This document shows positions 9,110-18,472 of a DNA stretch of 64,000 nucleotides, one piece after another. This DNA comes from Synechococcus sp. (GTDB lineage Bacteria; Cyanobacteriota; Cyanobacteriia; PCC-6307; Cyanobiaceae): the NCBI GenBank assembly GCA_047285305.1, contig JBJBDL010000003.1, positions 1,696,001-1,760,000 of the forward strand, in the 5' to 3' direction. Under the pieces are notes generated by a model that did no database searches, was not told where the DNA came from, and saw only the letters and a program-made list of their open reading frames with translations. How positions within the stretch are numbered: position 1 is the first letter of the stretch; the number at the start of each line of letters is the position of its first letter. A program made the translations under genes and the position numbers.

Positions 9110-9685
9110 ATGAACACTGAGTACCACTATCGAGACAAGGGAGGAAGACCAAATTCACTGAATTCGTCCGAAACAGCACCCCTTGAAAGACCTCAGGCCG
9201 TAGAAGATATAGAAATAACCGTAAAGAGCGGCGTTATAAGGATTGCAGCCAAACAATCCAATAATGCAGAAGAAATAACTTTAGCCTTTGCGTGCAGAGC
9301 AGAGATATTCAAATTCCACTATCCAGTAGGCTTAGAAATTACAATAGAAGCAATAACAGACACAACTTATTTGGTTGAATCAAAAAGCAAAATAGAACCC
9401 GAGGCAACCGATGCAATAATTGATTGGATAATTCAACTACATATCGTGAGACACGAAACAAATATAGAAAAACGACTGATGAAATTCTTTAGATTACTGA
9501 CCACAAAACTAGGGAAAAGAACATCAGAAGGGCTACTATTGGAGCAAATGCTGTCTCATGCACGAATTGCCGAAATCGTTGGATCCACGAGATCAACGGT
9601 ATCAAGGACAATTAGCACTCTAAGGAAGACCCAGCAAATTTATATTGATGAACTAAAGGGACAGATCATTTTACCTGTGGATTGA
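9110..9685 (+). CDS. Crp/Fnr family transcriptional regulator
   Basis: C-terminal HTH LSHARIAEIVGSTRSTVSRTISTL. Confidence 0.85.
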   Translation: MNTEYHYRDKGGRPNSLNSSETAPLERPQAVEDIEITVKSGVIRIAAKQSNNAEEITLAFACRAEIFKFHYPVGLEITIEAITDTTYLVESKSKIEPEATDAIIDWIIQLHIVRHETNIEKRLMKFFRLLTTKLGKRTSEGLLLEQMLSHARIAEIVGSTRSTVSRTISTLRKTQQIYIDELKGQIILPVD

Positions 9686-9972
9686 TTAACGACCACAACG
9701 ACACGATCCGCCCTTCCACTTAGAGCACTTTGATTTCTTGCAACCCTTCTTCTTTGTAACTGCAAGTCGGTTTTCGGAAGAATCGGCCAAGACCCTAGAG
9801 AAATCTAGTTTGACAATACCGTCCCTGGCGGAAATAGATGCAGGGAAGGGGAGTAACAAAAGACACAAGATCGCGAGTCATCTGATCAGAATCAAATCAG
9901 GCCTAAGGGTGACAAGAGCGCTTGCTTTCATTGAAAAAGAAAGCAAGCCCCGTATCAAATAAACCCTAAGCT

Positions 9973-9986
9973 GTATAGAAAGCTAC
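9973..9986. promoter_or_regulatory. NtcA/Crp-type box upstream of the porin
   Basis: GTA-TAGAAAGC-TAC, exact GTA-N8-TAC. Confidence 0.55.
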
Positions 9987-10074
9987 TTTCGATTGAAGTA
10001 AACGAGTAACAGGCGACACAACAAAACACCAATATAGGTGCGCCCTTATCGGGCTTTCCTGTGTGAGGAATTCA

Positions 10075-11604
10075 ATGAAGCTTTTCCAGCAACTGCTGGT
10101 GGCTCCTGCCGCCCTTGGCCTGATGGCCGCTGGCGCTAATGCTGCCGAGCTGAACATCAACGGCGTTTCTGATTACGCGGCTTCCGCTGATCAGGTCACC
10201 AGCATCACCCAATTCTCCGACGTCTATCCCACCGACTGGGCCTATCAGGCTCTGGCTGGTTTGGTTGAGACCTACGGCTGCGTTGCCGGTTACCCCAACG
10301 GCACCTTCCGTGGCAACCGTGCCATGACCCGCTTCGAAGCGGCTGCACTGCTGAACGCTTGCCTCGACCGCGTCACCGAAGTGACCGACGAGCTGCGTCG
10401 CCTGATGGCTGAGTTCGAAACCGAGCTCGCCATCCTTAAAGGTCGCGTTGACGGCCTCGAGGCCAAGGTTGGCGAACTGGAAGCAACCCAGTTCTCCACC
10501 ACCACCAAGCTCAAAGGACAAGCTGACTTCTTCCTTGGTGCCGTCAGCTATGACGATCGCGATGACTGCAACGCTGCGAAAGCTGGTGCATGCGAAGACG
10601 ATGCGACAACCATGTCGTACCGCTACACCCTCAACCTGAACACAACCTTTACAGGTAAAGATCTGTTGTACACCCGTATTAGGACGGGGAACATGTCCAA
10701 TGTTTGGACAAACGACAACACCTACCTGTCTGATGCCAAATCAGGCACCAATGCGCTGAAAATAGACAAACTTTGGTACACCTTCCCAGTTGGTGAAGAG
10801 TTCAAAGTCACCGTAGGTGCACTTGTAGAGAACTACTACATGGTGGAAACACCAACTCGCTACAAGCCCATCCTCAAAGCAATGAAGCTTGGGGGTTATG
10901 GAATTCTTATGGGTGCAAGTACCGGACAGGGTGCAGGTATCCAATGGCGTCAGAATGTTGCTCCCGGCGAAGCAGCATGGAATGCAGCTGCAAGCTACGT
11001 TGCTGACGGCAACGAAGGTGCTGATTCCAGCTCCAAGAAAGGTATGTTCGGTGAAGACACCGACGGCCTGTTCCTGAGCCAAATTGGTTATGGAAACAGG
11101 AAGTGGTATATCTCAGGCCTTTATGCCCACAAACAGGGCAGTGGTGGATCTGATCCCGCGGAAGGTTACTCAACTCCTGCCGTTAACAAGGATGATGCTG
11201 CTCTGAATGCCTTTGGTGTTCGTGGCTATTGGTCACCTGAGGAAACCGGCATCGTACCGACTATCAGTGCAGGTATTGACTTCGGCTTCAATGACGCAAA
11301 AGCCGATGGTCAAGTTGAGGAAAGTTTCGGCTGGATGGTCGGCCTAAACTGGAAGAACGCTTTCGTTGACGGCAACAAGCTTGGGGTGGGCTTCGGTTCA
11401 TATTCAAGCTACGCAACATCAATGAAAGGTGACAGCAGCCCCGATGACGAGAACTTCGCTTTCGAGGCTTATTACGATTACCAAGTTAGTGACAACGTCA
11501 CGGTAACTCCCGCAGTGTTCTGGGTTCAGGATGCTGATGGAAATGCATCAGTGGATGGATCTGACACACTTGGCGCATTGGTTAAAACCACCTTCAAGTT
11601 CTGA
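10075..11604 (+). CDS. som: Cyanobacterial porin (Som/OprB-type with SLH domain), probable iron-uptake porin
   Basis: MKLFQQLLVAPAALG signal, SLH FSDVYPTDWAYQAL...GYPNGTFRG, coiled coil, FSTTTKLKG, C-terminal KTTFKF. Confidence 0.95.
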   Translation: MKLFQQLLVAPAALGLMAAGANAAELNINGVSDYAASADQVTSITQFSDVYPTDWAYQALAGLVETYGCVAGYPNGTFRGNRAMTRFEAAALLNACLDRVTEVTDELRRLMAEFETELAILKGRVDGLEAKVGELEATQFSTTTKLKGQADFFLGAVSYDDRDDCNAAKAGACEDDATTMSYRYTLNLNTTFTGKDLLYTRIRTGNMSNVWTNDNTYLSDAKSGTNALKIDKLWYTFPVGEEFKVTVGALVENYYMVETPTRYKPILKAMKLGGYGILMGASTGQGAGIQWRQNVAPGEAAWNAAASYVADGNEGADSSSKKGMFGEDTDGLFLSQIGYGNRKWYISGLYAHKQGSGGSDPAEGYSTPAVNKDDAALNAFGVRGYWSPEETGIVPTISAGIDFGFNDAKADGQVEESFGWMVGLNWKNAFVDGNKLGVGFGSYSSYATSMKGDSSPDDENFAFEAYYDYQVSDNVTVTPAVFWVQDADGNASVDGSDTLGALVKTTFKF

Positions 11605-11621
11605 TCAACTGCTGGTCAAAA

Positions 11622-11649
11622 CAAAAGCGCCCCTCGGGGCGCTTTTTTC
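11622..11649 (+). terminator. Rho-independent (likely bidirectional) terminator
   Basis: AAAAGCGCCCC-TC-GGGGCGCTTTTTT. Confidence 0.85.
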
Positions 11650-11696
11650 ATGCATAGAAAAAGGGGGAATTGCCCCCAAGGATAAAAAAGCAATGG

Positions 11697-11936
11697 TTAC
11701 CAGCAGTTCTCGCCTTCCCCAATAGGAACACAGATATCTTCTTGCTCTGCCTTTTTCTTCAAGGCAGCAGCGTCAGAATCCAACACACTTTCCTCATCAA
11801 CACCTTGATCTGTAGTCCATTCCTTAAGGCCACCAGCATCCTGGGCGTGCAGAGCTGGTGCTGATGCGACAAGAAGCGACGTCGCAGCAACAAAAACTGA
11901 GATAGCAGAAGGCTTTGGCATTTGGATGAAGCTCAA
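11697..11936 (-). CDS. Small exported hypothetical protein (79 aa)
   Basis: Signal peptide; acidic mature part ending ICVPIGEGENCW; downstream of piuC. Confidence 0.75.
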   Translation of the reverse strand: MSFIQMPKPSAISVFVAATSLLVASAPALHAQDAGGLKEWTTDQGVDEESVLDSDAAALKKKAEQEDICVPIGEGENCW

Positions 11937-12001
11937 CTAATCCAATTGTAATGAAGATACAGCCACAAAATACCAGCGATGGCCATATCAAAAGCTACAA
12001 A

Positions 12002-12670
12002 TCAGTTCGACAGGCGTCGGACAGCGTTCGTATAGCTTTGAAAGATCAGATCAAGTTCATCCGATCGGCCATGGCGAGCCAATAAACCACGAGCGCCAGC
12101 ATCGATATTGAATAAAATTGAGCGGTCGTCAGGAGACTTGACATAGCTTTCAATCCAGCCGACACATACATAACGAACACCGCTCAAAACGGGTCTAACA
12201 CAATGAAGGGTGGAAGAAGGATAGAGAACAATTTGCCCAGGTGGCAATCGAAATTCCTTCGTTTCCTCACCGCCGGTTTGGATCAATAAAGATCCACCCT
12301 CATAGGTGTCTTCATCACTCAGAAAGCAGGTAAAAGACAAATCACGGCGACCATGGCGGGAAAAAGGATTATCAACATGCCATCCATAAGAATCTCCGAC
12401 ATTGGACCTAGAAACCAACAAACTATGAACCTTCCGAACAAGTGAAAAACTTTTGACCAAGGGGTCACTCGTTAATGCTGTAGTAATGCAGTTACTAATT
12501 GCAATAGTGAGATCAGCATTTGGATCGAGCTGATGATTAGCCTTAACCAATGCAGCCTGATCACCTGCGGTCAGTCGGCCATCTCGCCAGGGCAGATCGG
12601 GAGCACAGAGGCGTTGCTGAAAGTCGCGAACTTCAGGAAGAGGCAAAAGAGAATGCGTCAGGAAGTCCAT
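12002..12670 (-). CDS. piuC: PKHD-type Fe(II)/2-oxoglutarate dioxygenase (PiuC/YbiX-like)
   Basis: W.DGRLTAG, YGWHVDN (HxD), RRDLSFT, YEGG.L, YPSSTLH.V. Confidence 0.9.
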   Translation of the reverse strand: MDFLTHSLLPLPEVRDFQQRLCAPDLPWRDGRLTAGDQAALVKANHQLDPNADLTIAISNCITTALTSDPLVKSFSLVRKVHSLLVSRSNVGDSYGWHVDNPFSRHGRRDLSFTCFLSDEDTYEGGSLLIQTGGEETKEFRLPPGQIVLYPSSTLHCVRPVLSGVRYVCVGWIESYVKSPDDRSILFNIDAGARGLLARHGRSDELDLIFQSYTNAVRRLSN

Positions 12671-12785
12671 CGGTCAGGGAATTTCAAGAACAAAAAGCCT
12701 TCACCAAATGCTACAGAATGGAACGTCAAAAGCAGATGACGACAGGAATCACTGGAGTAATATATGGATAATTATATCTTGAAGC

Positions 12786-13790
12786 ATGCGTAGGTTCTTT
12801 GCAGCGCTGGGTATGGTGACAACAATTGCTGTCCTGCCTTCAGTGAAAGCAAAGGAAGTAAGGGTGTACTCAGGCAGGCATTACAACACTGATCGAGCTG
12901 CCTACAAACAATTCAGTGAAGAAACTGGGATCAGAGTAAGACTTATTGAGGCCACTGGGATATCGCTAGTTGAACGTCTAAAGCGAGAGGGAGAAAATTC
13001 AAAGGCCGATGTGATTCTGTTGGTTGATGCAGCGAGAATTAACAATGCTGCAGAAGCTGGTCTACTGCAGCCCGTGTCTTCGCAGGAACTCCAGTCGAAT
13101 GTTCCTTCACGCTATCGGGATCCATCAAATCGATGGTTTGGTTTCACGAGGCGAGTAAGATCGATCATTATAAATCCCAATATCGTTAATCCAAATACGA
13201 TTAAGACCTATTCCGATCTTGCAAATCCAGTTCTTAAAGGAAAACTCTGTCTGCGCAAAAGGAAAAACGTCTACAACCAGTCACTTGTAGCCGACCAAAT
13301 CATAGTGAATGGTCAAACTGCTGCTTCCGCTTGGGTTGAAGGGATGGTCGATAATGTAAGCCAGCCATATTTCGGTGGTGATGTATCACTGATTCGTGCA
13401 GTTGGACAAGGCAAATGTGGGGTTGGCCTTGTCAATCATTATTATCTAGCACGAATGCAGGCAGGTGCAAGCGGAAAGAACGATCAGAAAGTAACATCGA
13501 ACATTAAATTAGTTATGCCAAATCCAGCCCATGTGAACATAAGTGCCGCAGGAGTCGCAAAGTCGGCCAAAAATAAAACAGAGGCGATCCAATTTATTGA
13601 GTTCATTTCGTCACCAAAAGGTAGTCTACTCATTGCAGGACCAACCTTCGAATATCCACTGAAAAATCTTGGTACATCGAAAGAATTAAAAGCATTTGGA
13701 AAATTTACCCCAGACAATGTTTCTATTAGTGCTTTAGGCACAACTCAGAAAACCGCAATCAAAGTGATGGCAGATGCTGGCTGGCGTTGA
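12786..13790 (+). CDS. futA: Fe(III) ABC transporter substrate-binding protein FutA/IdiA
   Basis: VYSGRHY, NVYNQSL, NHYY, HVNISAAG, C-terminal AGWR. Confidence 0.92.
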   Translation: MRRFFAALGMVTTIAVLPSVKAKEVRVYSGRHYNTDRAAYKQFSEETGIRVRLIEATGISLVERLKREGENSKADVILLVDAARINNAAEAGLLQPVSSQELQSNVPSRYRDPSNRWFGFTRRVRSIIINPNIVNPNTIKTYSDLANPVLKGKLCLRKRKNVYNQSLVADQIIVNGQTAASAWVEGMVDNVSQPYFGGDVSLIRAVGQGKCGVGLVNHYYLARMQAGASGKNDQKVTSNIKLVMPNPAHVNISAAGVAKSAKNKTEAIQFIEFISSPKGSLLIAGPTFEYPLKNLGTSKELKAFGKFTPDNVSISALGTTQKTAIKVMADAGWR

Positions 13791-13839
13791 ACCAAAGAAC
13801 TCAACAATCGACTGAAAAAATTAAAGATTTCGGATGCTT

Positions 13840-13856
13840 TTGATAATGACTCTCAT
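13840..13856. promoter_or_regulatory. Fur-type box upstream of ferritin
   Basis: TGATAAT-G-ACTCTCA 7-1-7 near-palindrome. Confidence 0.55.
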
Positions 13857-13934
13857 TTAACTTGGTGCAAATAACACACCTTGCGAGCAATTCGACTTGC
13901 ATGTGCGTATCATTTGGACATCAACAAGTAAAAA

Positions 13935-14519
13935 ATGCTGAGCACAAACAATTCGATCTCCGCTTCATCTATCGCTTGCGGACCATCAGGTCGTGCAATT
14001 GCAGAAGCGATTGACTCTGATCTTCTAAGCGCGATCCAAGCCCACCTCAACATGGAGAGGCAAGCCCATGCCTCTTATTTCGCTGCAGCAATCTGGTTTG
14101 CCGAACGAGAGTTGAGGGGATTTTCCCGATTCTTCCGAGACGAATCCAACAGCGAGCATGAGCATGCTGCAAAATTCGCGGAATACATCATTGCTCGAGG
14201 GCAAAGCGTTGCACTACAAGTGGTCGATGCTCCCTTGCAGAACTGGGCATCCCCTGCAGATGTGATGGCAACCGCATTTCAAATGGAGGTTGACGTCACA
14301 GCTTCGTTGCAACAGCTGTATTCAATGGCAGAGAGAGTGAGCGATACGCGTACCACGGTGTTTCTCGACCCGATGGTGGAAATGCAAACCCAGTCAGAAC
14401 ACGAATTTGCGCACCTTCTTGGACGGGTGAAGTTTGCAGATAATCAAGCAGCGGCTTTATTGCTCATCGACAACGAGCTAGACCAAGGAAATAACAAACC
14501 TGCATCTCTTCAGGGTTAA
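13935..14519 (+). CDS. ftn: Ferritin
   Basis: GPSGRAIAE N-terminus, ERQA..SY, FFRDESNSEHEH, FQME, FLDPMVEMQ ferroxidase-centre pattern. Confidence 0.92.
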   Translation: MLSTNNSISASSIACGPSGRAIAEAIDSDLLSAIQAHLNMERQAHASYFAAAIWFAERELRGFSRFFRDESNSEHEHAAKFAEYIIARGQSVALQVVDAPLQNWASPADVMATAFQMEVDVTASLQQLYSMAERVSDTRTTVFLDPMVEMQTQSEHEFAHLLGRVKFADNQAAALLLIDNELDQGNNKPASLQG

Positions 14520-14566
14520 TTAACTCGCGACAAGAACGTTGATTAACACATATCAACATTCTGATG

Positions 14567-14770
14567 TCACATATTTAGCCCTTGTGGGTCGATTACGAAA
14601 CATTTTATATCCCGCATTAACGATTTCGGCGACACTTCCAAGTATTCAGAAATAAGCCGATGCGACCAGCCTTGGCTTCTTAATGCCATTGCAATCTTCA
14701 GTCGTTTTTTACGCCAACCATTCGGTGATCCTAAATAGTGTGAAACTCTTGAGGGTAAGTTTGAATTCAT
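14567..14770 (-). CDS. Small putative HTH protein (67 aa)
   Basis: LRSQGWSHRLISEYLEVSPKSL resembles a helix-turn-helix. Confidence 0.5.
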   Translation of the reverse strand: MNSNLPSRVSHYLGSPNGWRKKRLKIAMALRSQGWSHRLISEYLEVSPKSLMRDIKCFVIDPQGLNM

Positions 14771-14972
14771 GGCATAAGCCCTTACTTTGAGGGGAAATAT
14801 AAATTACAGCACGCAGGTCAGTTCAACAACAATTGAATGTTGCCAGCTAACATTATATAAGCAAGACTGGTAAATAGCTAACATCAATCTGGAACGTATC
14901 CAATGATGCGCAAGCGAGATACATATACGAGCAGAGGAGACTAATTGAAGTTATTGTATGATTTTAATTGGA

Positions 14973-15269
14973 GTGATGACCTCATTCAAGGTCGAATTAA
15001 GAATGCCGGATGGAGTCAAACACTTCGAATGTCCTGATGATGAATACGTTCTAGAGGCAGCAGAGCAGGCTGGAATTGATATGAGTTATTCATGCAGAGC
15101 TGGAGCATGCAGCACTTGTGTAGGGAAGATCATCGAAGGAACAGTTGATCAATCTGATCAAAGTTTTCTCGATGATGAACAAATGGAAGACGGCTACTCA
15201 CTTCTATGCGTAGCTTATGCAACATCGAATTTGATCGTAAAGACAGACTGCGAAGAAGAGCTCTGGTGA
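14973..15269 (+). CDS. petF: Plant-type [2Fe-2S] ferredoxin
   Basis: [10 protein letters not shown]...[10 protein letters not shown]...LLCVAY; exact start uncertain (14958/14973/14976). Confidence 0.93.
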   Translation: MMTSFKVELRMPDGVKHFECPDDEYVLEAAEQAGIDMSYSCRAGACSTCVGKIIEGTVDQSDQSFLDDEQMEDGYSLLCVAYATSNLIVKTDCEEELW

Positions 15270-15298
15270 GAATAGTAAAAGGAAAGAAACGTCTTAAA

Positions 15299-15508
15299 AT
15301 GAAAGCGCAAAGAGGAAGAAAAATTAATTTGGTTGATCAGTATCTAAATGCGTCCTGTTTCAACAAAATAAGCGACAGAACCTATCAGAACATGCTGAGT
15401 TACGAGTCAAAGGCCGATCCAATCGAAAAAAAATTGATTAAAAGGATCAAAGAACAAGTAAGGCACGGAAAGGTTGTGCTTTCTTCTGAATCAAAGGTGA
15501 AAGCTTGA
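15299..15508 (+). CDS. Small hypothetical protein (69 aa)
   Basis: ATG-start ORF between petF and the hydrolase, same strand. Confidence 0.55.
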   Translation: MKAQRGRKINLVDQYLNASCFNKISDRTYQNMLSYESKADPIEKKLIKRIKEQVRHGKVVLSSESKVKA

Positions 15509-15599
15509 TCAGCCTGGATGTGATAAAGAATACAGCCAGTCGTCTTCTCTGAGAGAAAACATACTCAAAAGCATCAGAAAATAAGAAAAATAAAATCAG

Positions 15600-16367
15600 A
15601 TGAGCACCAGTCAGATACTTTGGATTGATCTCCAGCCATCACTGTATTGCCTTTTCAAGCGAACAGCGCAAAGCTTGGGTCAACATTTTGAAGTCAAAAG
15701 ATGGTCATTCGAACATGATCTTGATGAATCATGTGATGTTGAAGTCGTCCACAGCCTAATGAGGCACACGATAGAAAACTCTTCAAATCCAGTTCATCTT
15801 ATAGGCCACGGTATAAGCGGTACAATTGCATATTTATTTGCTCAAAAATATCCCAACAACATATCATCAGTTTCCGTGCTATCAGTAGATACTCACTCGA
15901 CAAATCAATGGACTAGTCATTATCAAAGTATGCGGAGACAATTACCCTGCTCAAGATTTCATATTTTAAGCCATCTAAGCCGACTATTGGTCGATAGAAA
16001 AACTGAAAAAGTGGTCAATATTATGGCGCGACTGTTAGCAAAATGTTTGGATAATGATTTAGTTTATGGATCTATTGTCAATAGCCAACCAATCACGAAT
16101 CTAAACAAAGCTGAGGTTCCAATACTGGTGATTAATGGTGAAAAAGACTTTGTTATTGATGAGCAGAGTGATATCAGATGGAGACACTGCCTAAAACCTG
16201 GAGACTGCTACCAAAAAATTTCTAACGGACGCCATTTCTTCCCATTTACAGAGTGGCGTCAAACTGCAAAAATGATCGAATCATTTGTCAGGATGGTACC
16301 TGAGCAACATCAGAACCAAGTCCCTAATAGCTGCAAAAATCTGAGTATTAGTAAAACCAACTCGTGA
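15600..16367 (+). CDS. Alpha/beta hydrolase-fold protein, IsiC-like
   Basis: LWIDLQPSL, W.FEHDLDE, PVHLIGHGISG, HFFPF; iron-stress context. Confidence 0.75.
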   Translation: MSTSQILWIDLQPSLYCLFKRTAQSLGQHFEVKRWSFEHDLDESCDVEVVHSLMRHTIENSSNPVHLIGHGISGTIAYLFAQKYPNNISSVSVLSVDTHSTNQWTSHYQSMRRQLPCSRFHILSHLSRLLVDRKTEKVVNIMARLLAKCLDNDLVYGSIVNSQPITNLNKAEVPILVINGEKDFVIDEQSDIRWRHCLKPGDCYQKISNGRHFFPFTEWRQTAKMIESFVRMVPEQHQNQVPNSCKNLSISKTNS

Positions 16368-17323
16368 ATCAAATGAATATCTTTGACGTCATCATCATTG
16401 GTGGAGGACCAGCGGGTTGTTCTTGTGCATTGTATACAGCAAGGTCAAATCTATCGACAATTATCCTTGACAAAAATCCAGCTGTTGGTGCACTTGCTAT
16501 CACTCACAAAATTGCAAACTATCCGGGTGTGGAAGGAGACACATCAGGTGAGGAATTATTAAAAACAATGAGAGTTCAAGCAATAAACTATGGAGCAGAA
16601 TACAAGCAGGCTCAAGTTTATGGAATCAGCATGACTGATTCAGAGAAGACTGTATATACACCAGAGGGAACATTTGTAGGCAAAACATTGGTTCTTGCAA
16701 CAGGTGCAATGGGTAGAGCATCAACACTTCCCGGTGAGAACGAATTTCTTGGTAAAGGGGTCAGTTATTGTGCAACTTGTGACGGAGCTTTTTATAAAAA
16801 CCAAGAAGTAGCTGTCTATGGATCAAATCATGAAGCCATTGATGAGGCACTTGTACTCACAAAATTTGCATCAATAGTACATTGGATTACCAATAATAAA
16901 CCAAACGCAAATTCTCCAGCAGTAGAAATCCTTCTCAATTCTAAAAATGTGAAGCACTGGAAGCGCACTAGGCTCACCTCCATACAAGGAGATGACCATG
17001 GAGTAAATGCTATCAAAGTTCAATCATCTGGAGGTCGTGAAGAGCAGATAATCCAAGTTCAAGGTGCTTTCGTCTACTCCACAGGTTCTCTGCCCATCAC
17101 CGATTATCTACAAGAACAGGTACCGGTCAACCCAAATGGTGGAGTTCGAGTAAACAGCGACATGATGACAAGTCTCGAAGGAGTCTGGGCAATCGGCGAT
17201 ATCCGCAATACACCCTTTAAACAGGCTGTTGTTGCTTGCTCTGATGGATGCATTGCAGCGATGGCAATTGACAAGTATTTGAATCAACGGAAGGAGGTCC
17301 GGGTGGATTGGGTGCATCGATAA
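16364..17323 (+). CDS. Flavin thioredoxin reductase (NTR-like, probably NADPH-independent DTR/FFTR type)
   Basis: GGGPAG, GVSYCATCDG, WAIGD; NADPH motifs altered; C-terminal VDWVHR. Confidence 0.85.
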   Translation: MNQMNIFDVIIIGGGPAGCSCALYTARSNLSTIILDKNPAVGALAITHKIANYPGVEGDTSGEELLKTMRVQAINYGAEYKQAQVYGISMTDSEKTVYTPEGTFVGKTLVLATGAMGRASTLPGENEFLGKGVSYCATCDGAFYKNQEVAVYGSNHEAIDEALVLTKFASIVHWITNNKPNANSPAVEILLNSKNVKHWKRTRLTSIQGDDHGVNAIKVQSSGGREEQIIQVQGAFVYSTGSLPITDYLQEQVPVNPNGGVRVNSDMMTSLEGVWAIGDIRNTPFKQAVVACSDGCIAAMAIDKYLNQRKEVRVDWVHR

Positions 17324-17346
17324 AAAAAGCGCCCTCTCGGGCGCCT
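17322..17346. terminator. Terminator between convergent trxB-like gene and isiB
   Basis: AAAAAAA-GCGCCC-TCTC-GGGCGC. Confidence 0.7.
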
Positions 17347-17368
17347 ACAGTTCAGTAATAAATTACGT

Positions 17369-17878
17369 TCAGGCCTCAGCGTTTATTTGCTGAACCCAGG
17401 CCTGCAAACGTTGATCTGTCAATTCAGACTCATTGTCTTCATCGATTGCAAGTCCGCAGAACTTACCATCAATAATGCTCTTTGAATCATCATAGGTATA
17501 CCCTTCTGTGGAAACCTTACCAATCAACTTGGCACCAGATTGAAGAAAAGCCGTATACAGTTCCTCCATGGCATCACAGAAAAAATCCGAATAACCGGAA
17601 GAGTCACCAAGGCCTACGATTGCGACTGATTTACCGGCAAAATCCTTGTCAGGAATTTCCTGAACCAGATCATCCCAGGCTGTTCCTGACCGTGCTTCAT
17701 CAGCGCCTGTATTCCAGGTTGGAACACAACAAATTAACGACTCAGCTGCAACCAACTCATCAATTGAGTCGATGTTGTCAACATCCTTCGCTTCTGTTCC
17801 AGGAAGAAGCTCCTTGAGTCGATCAGCCACATCCTCAGTTTTACCAGTAGATGTGGCAAAGAAAATAGTGAAAGTCAT
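17369..17878 (-). CDS. isiB: Flavodoxin (long-chain)
   Basis: FATSTGKTE, PTWNTG, GLGDSSGYSDFFCDAM, GLAIDEDNE. Confidence 0.95.
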   Translation of the reverse strand: MTFTIFFATSTGKTEDVADRLKELLPGTEAKDVDNIDSIDELVAAESLICCVPTWNTGADEARSGTAWDDLVQEIPDKDFAGKSVAIVGLGDSSGYSDFFCDAMEELYTAFLQSGAKLIGKVSTEGYTYDDSKSIIDGKFCGLAIDEDNESELTDQRLQAWVQQINAEA

Positions 17879-18472
17879 GCAAAAGAAATCACCAATCAAG
17901 AATCGCAAATCATCGCTCTCCCGAATTAACGCTTGTTTCAACTGCAGGTGAAATCAGTTACATCCAGACACCTCATCCACCTCGTTCTGCCAGACAAATT
18001 CTTATCTAAGACTGTCTAAGGCGATTCAAAGACTCACGATACTCCGATAATGCTTGATCAAATCCTGTCTCACGGATACGTTTGAGCCAACGGAGACGAA
18101 CCAAGTCATCCTGTTCAATATGGTCAATGAATTCTTCGAGTATGGCTGATCCAACAAGCATGTCGAACATTGAAGACCAATGCCAAACTTTAAATAGTAT
18201 TTTGAACGGCGATCAGTCAAATGATTCTTTTGACTCGATCTTAAGCAATACTGCATTAAAGCAAATAAAAGCAAAAATGATACGCTCTCGGAAAATTTAT
18301 CAAAAGAGATCCTAATTCGATTCTTTTTTGAGAATAAAGCTAACAAATCAACAAGATCATCAAAAAATACGCAACAATGAATAACCAAAAACTTTCCAAA
18401 CTACGTACACCTAGGCAATAAAAATTCTATTGGACAACCGTTAAGGCAGCCTAAAAACACTAGAGAATCAGT

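Noticed and set aside
18082..18315. Possible small plus-strand protein upstream of isiB
   Set aside because: Start ambiguous and no motif; cannot be distinguished from a chance ORF
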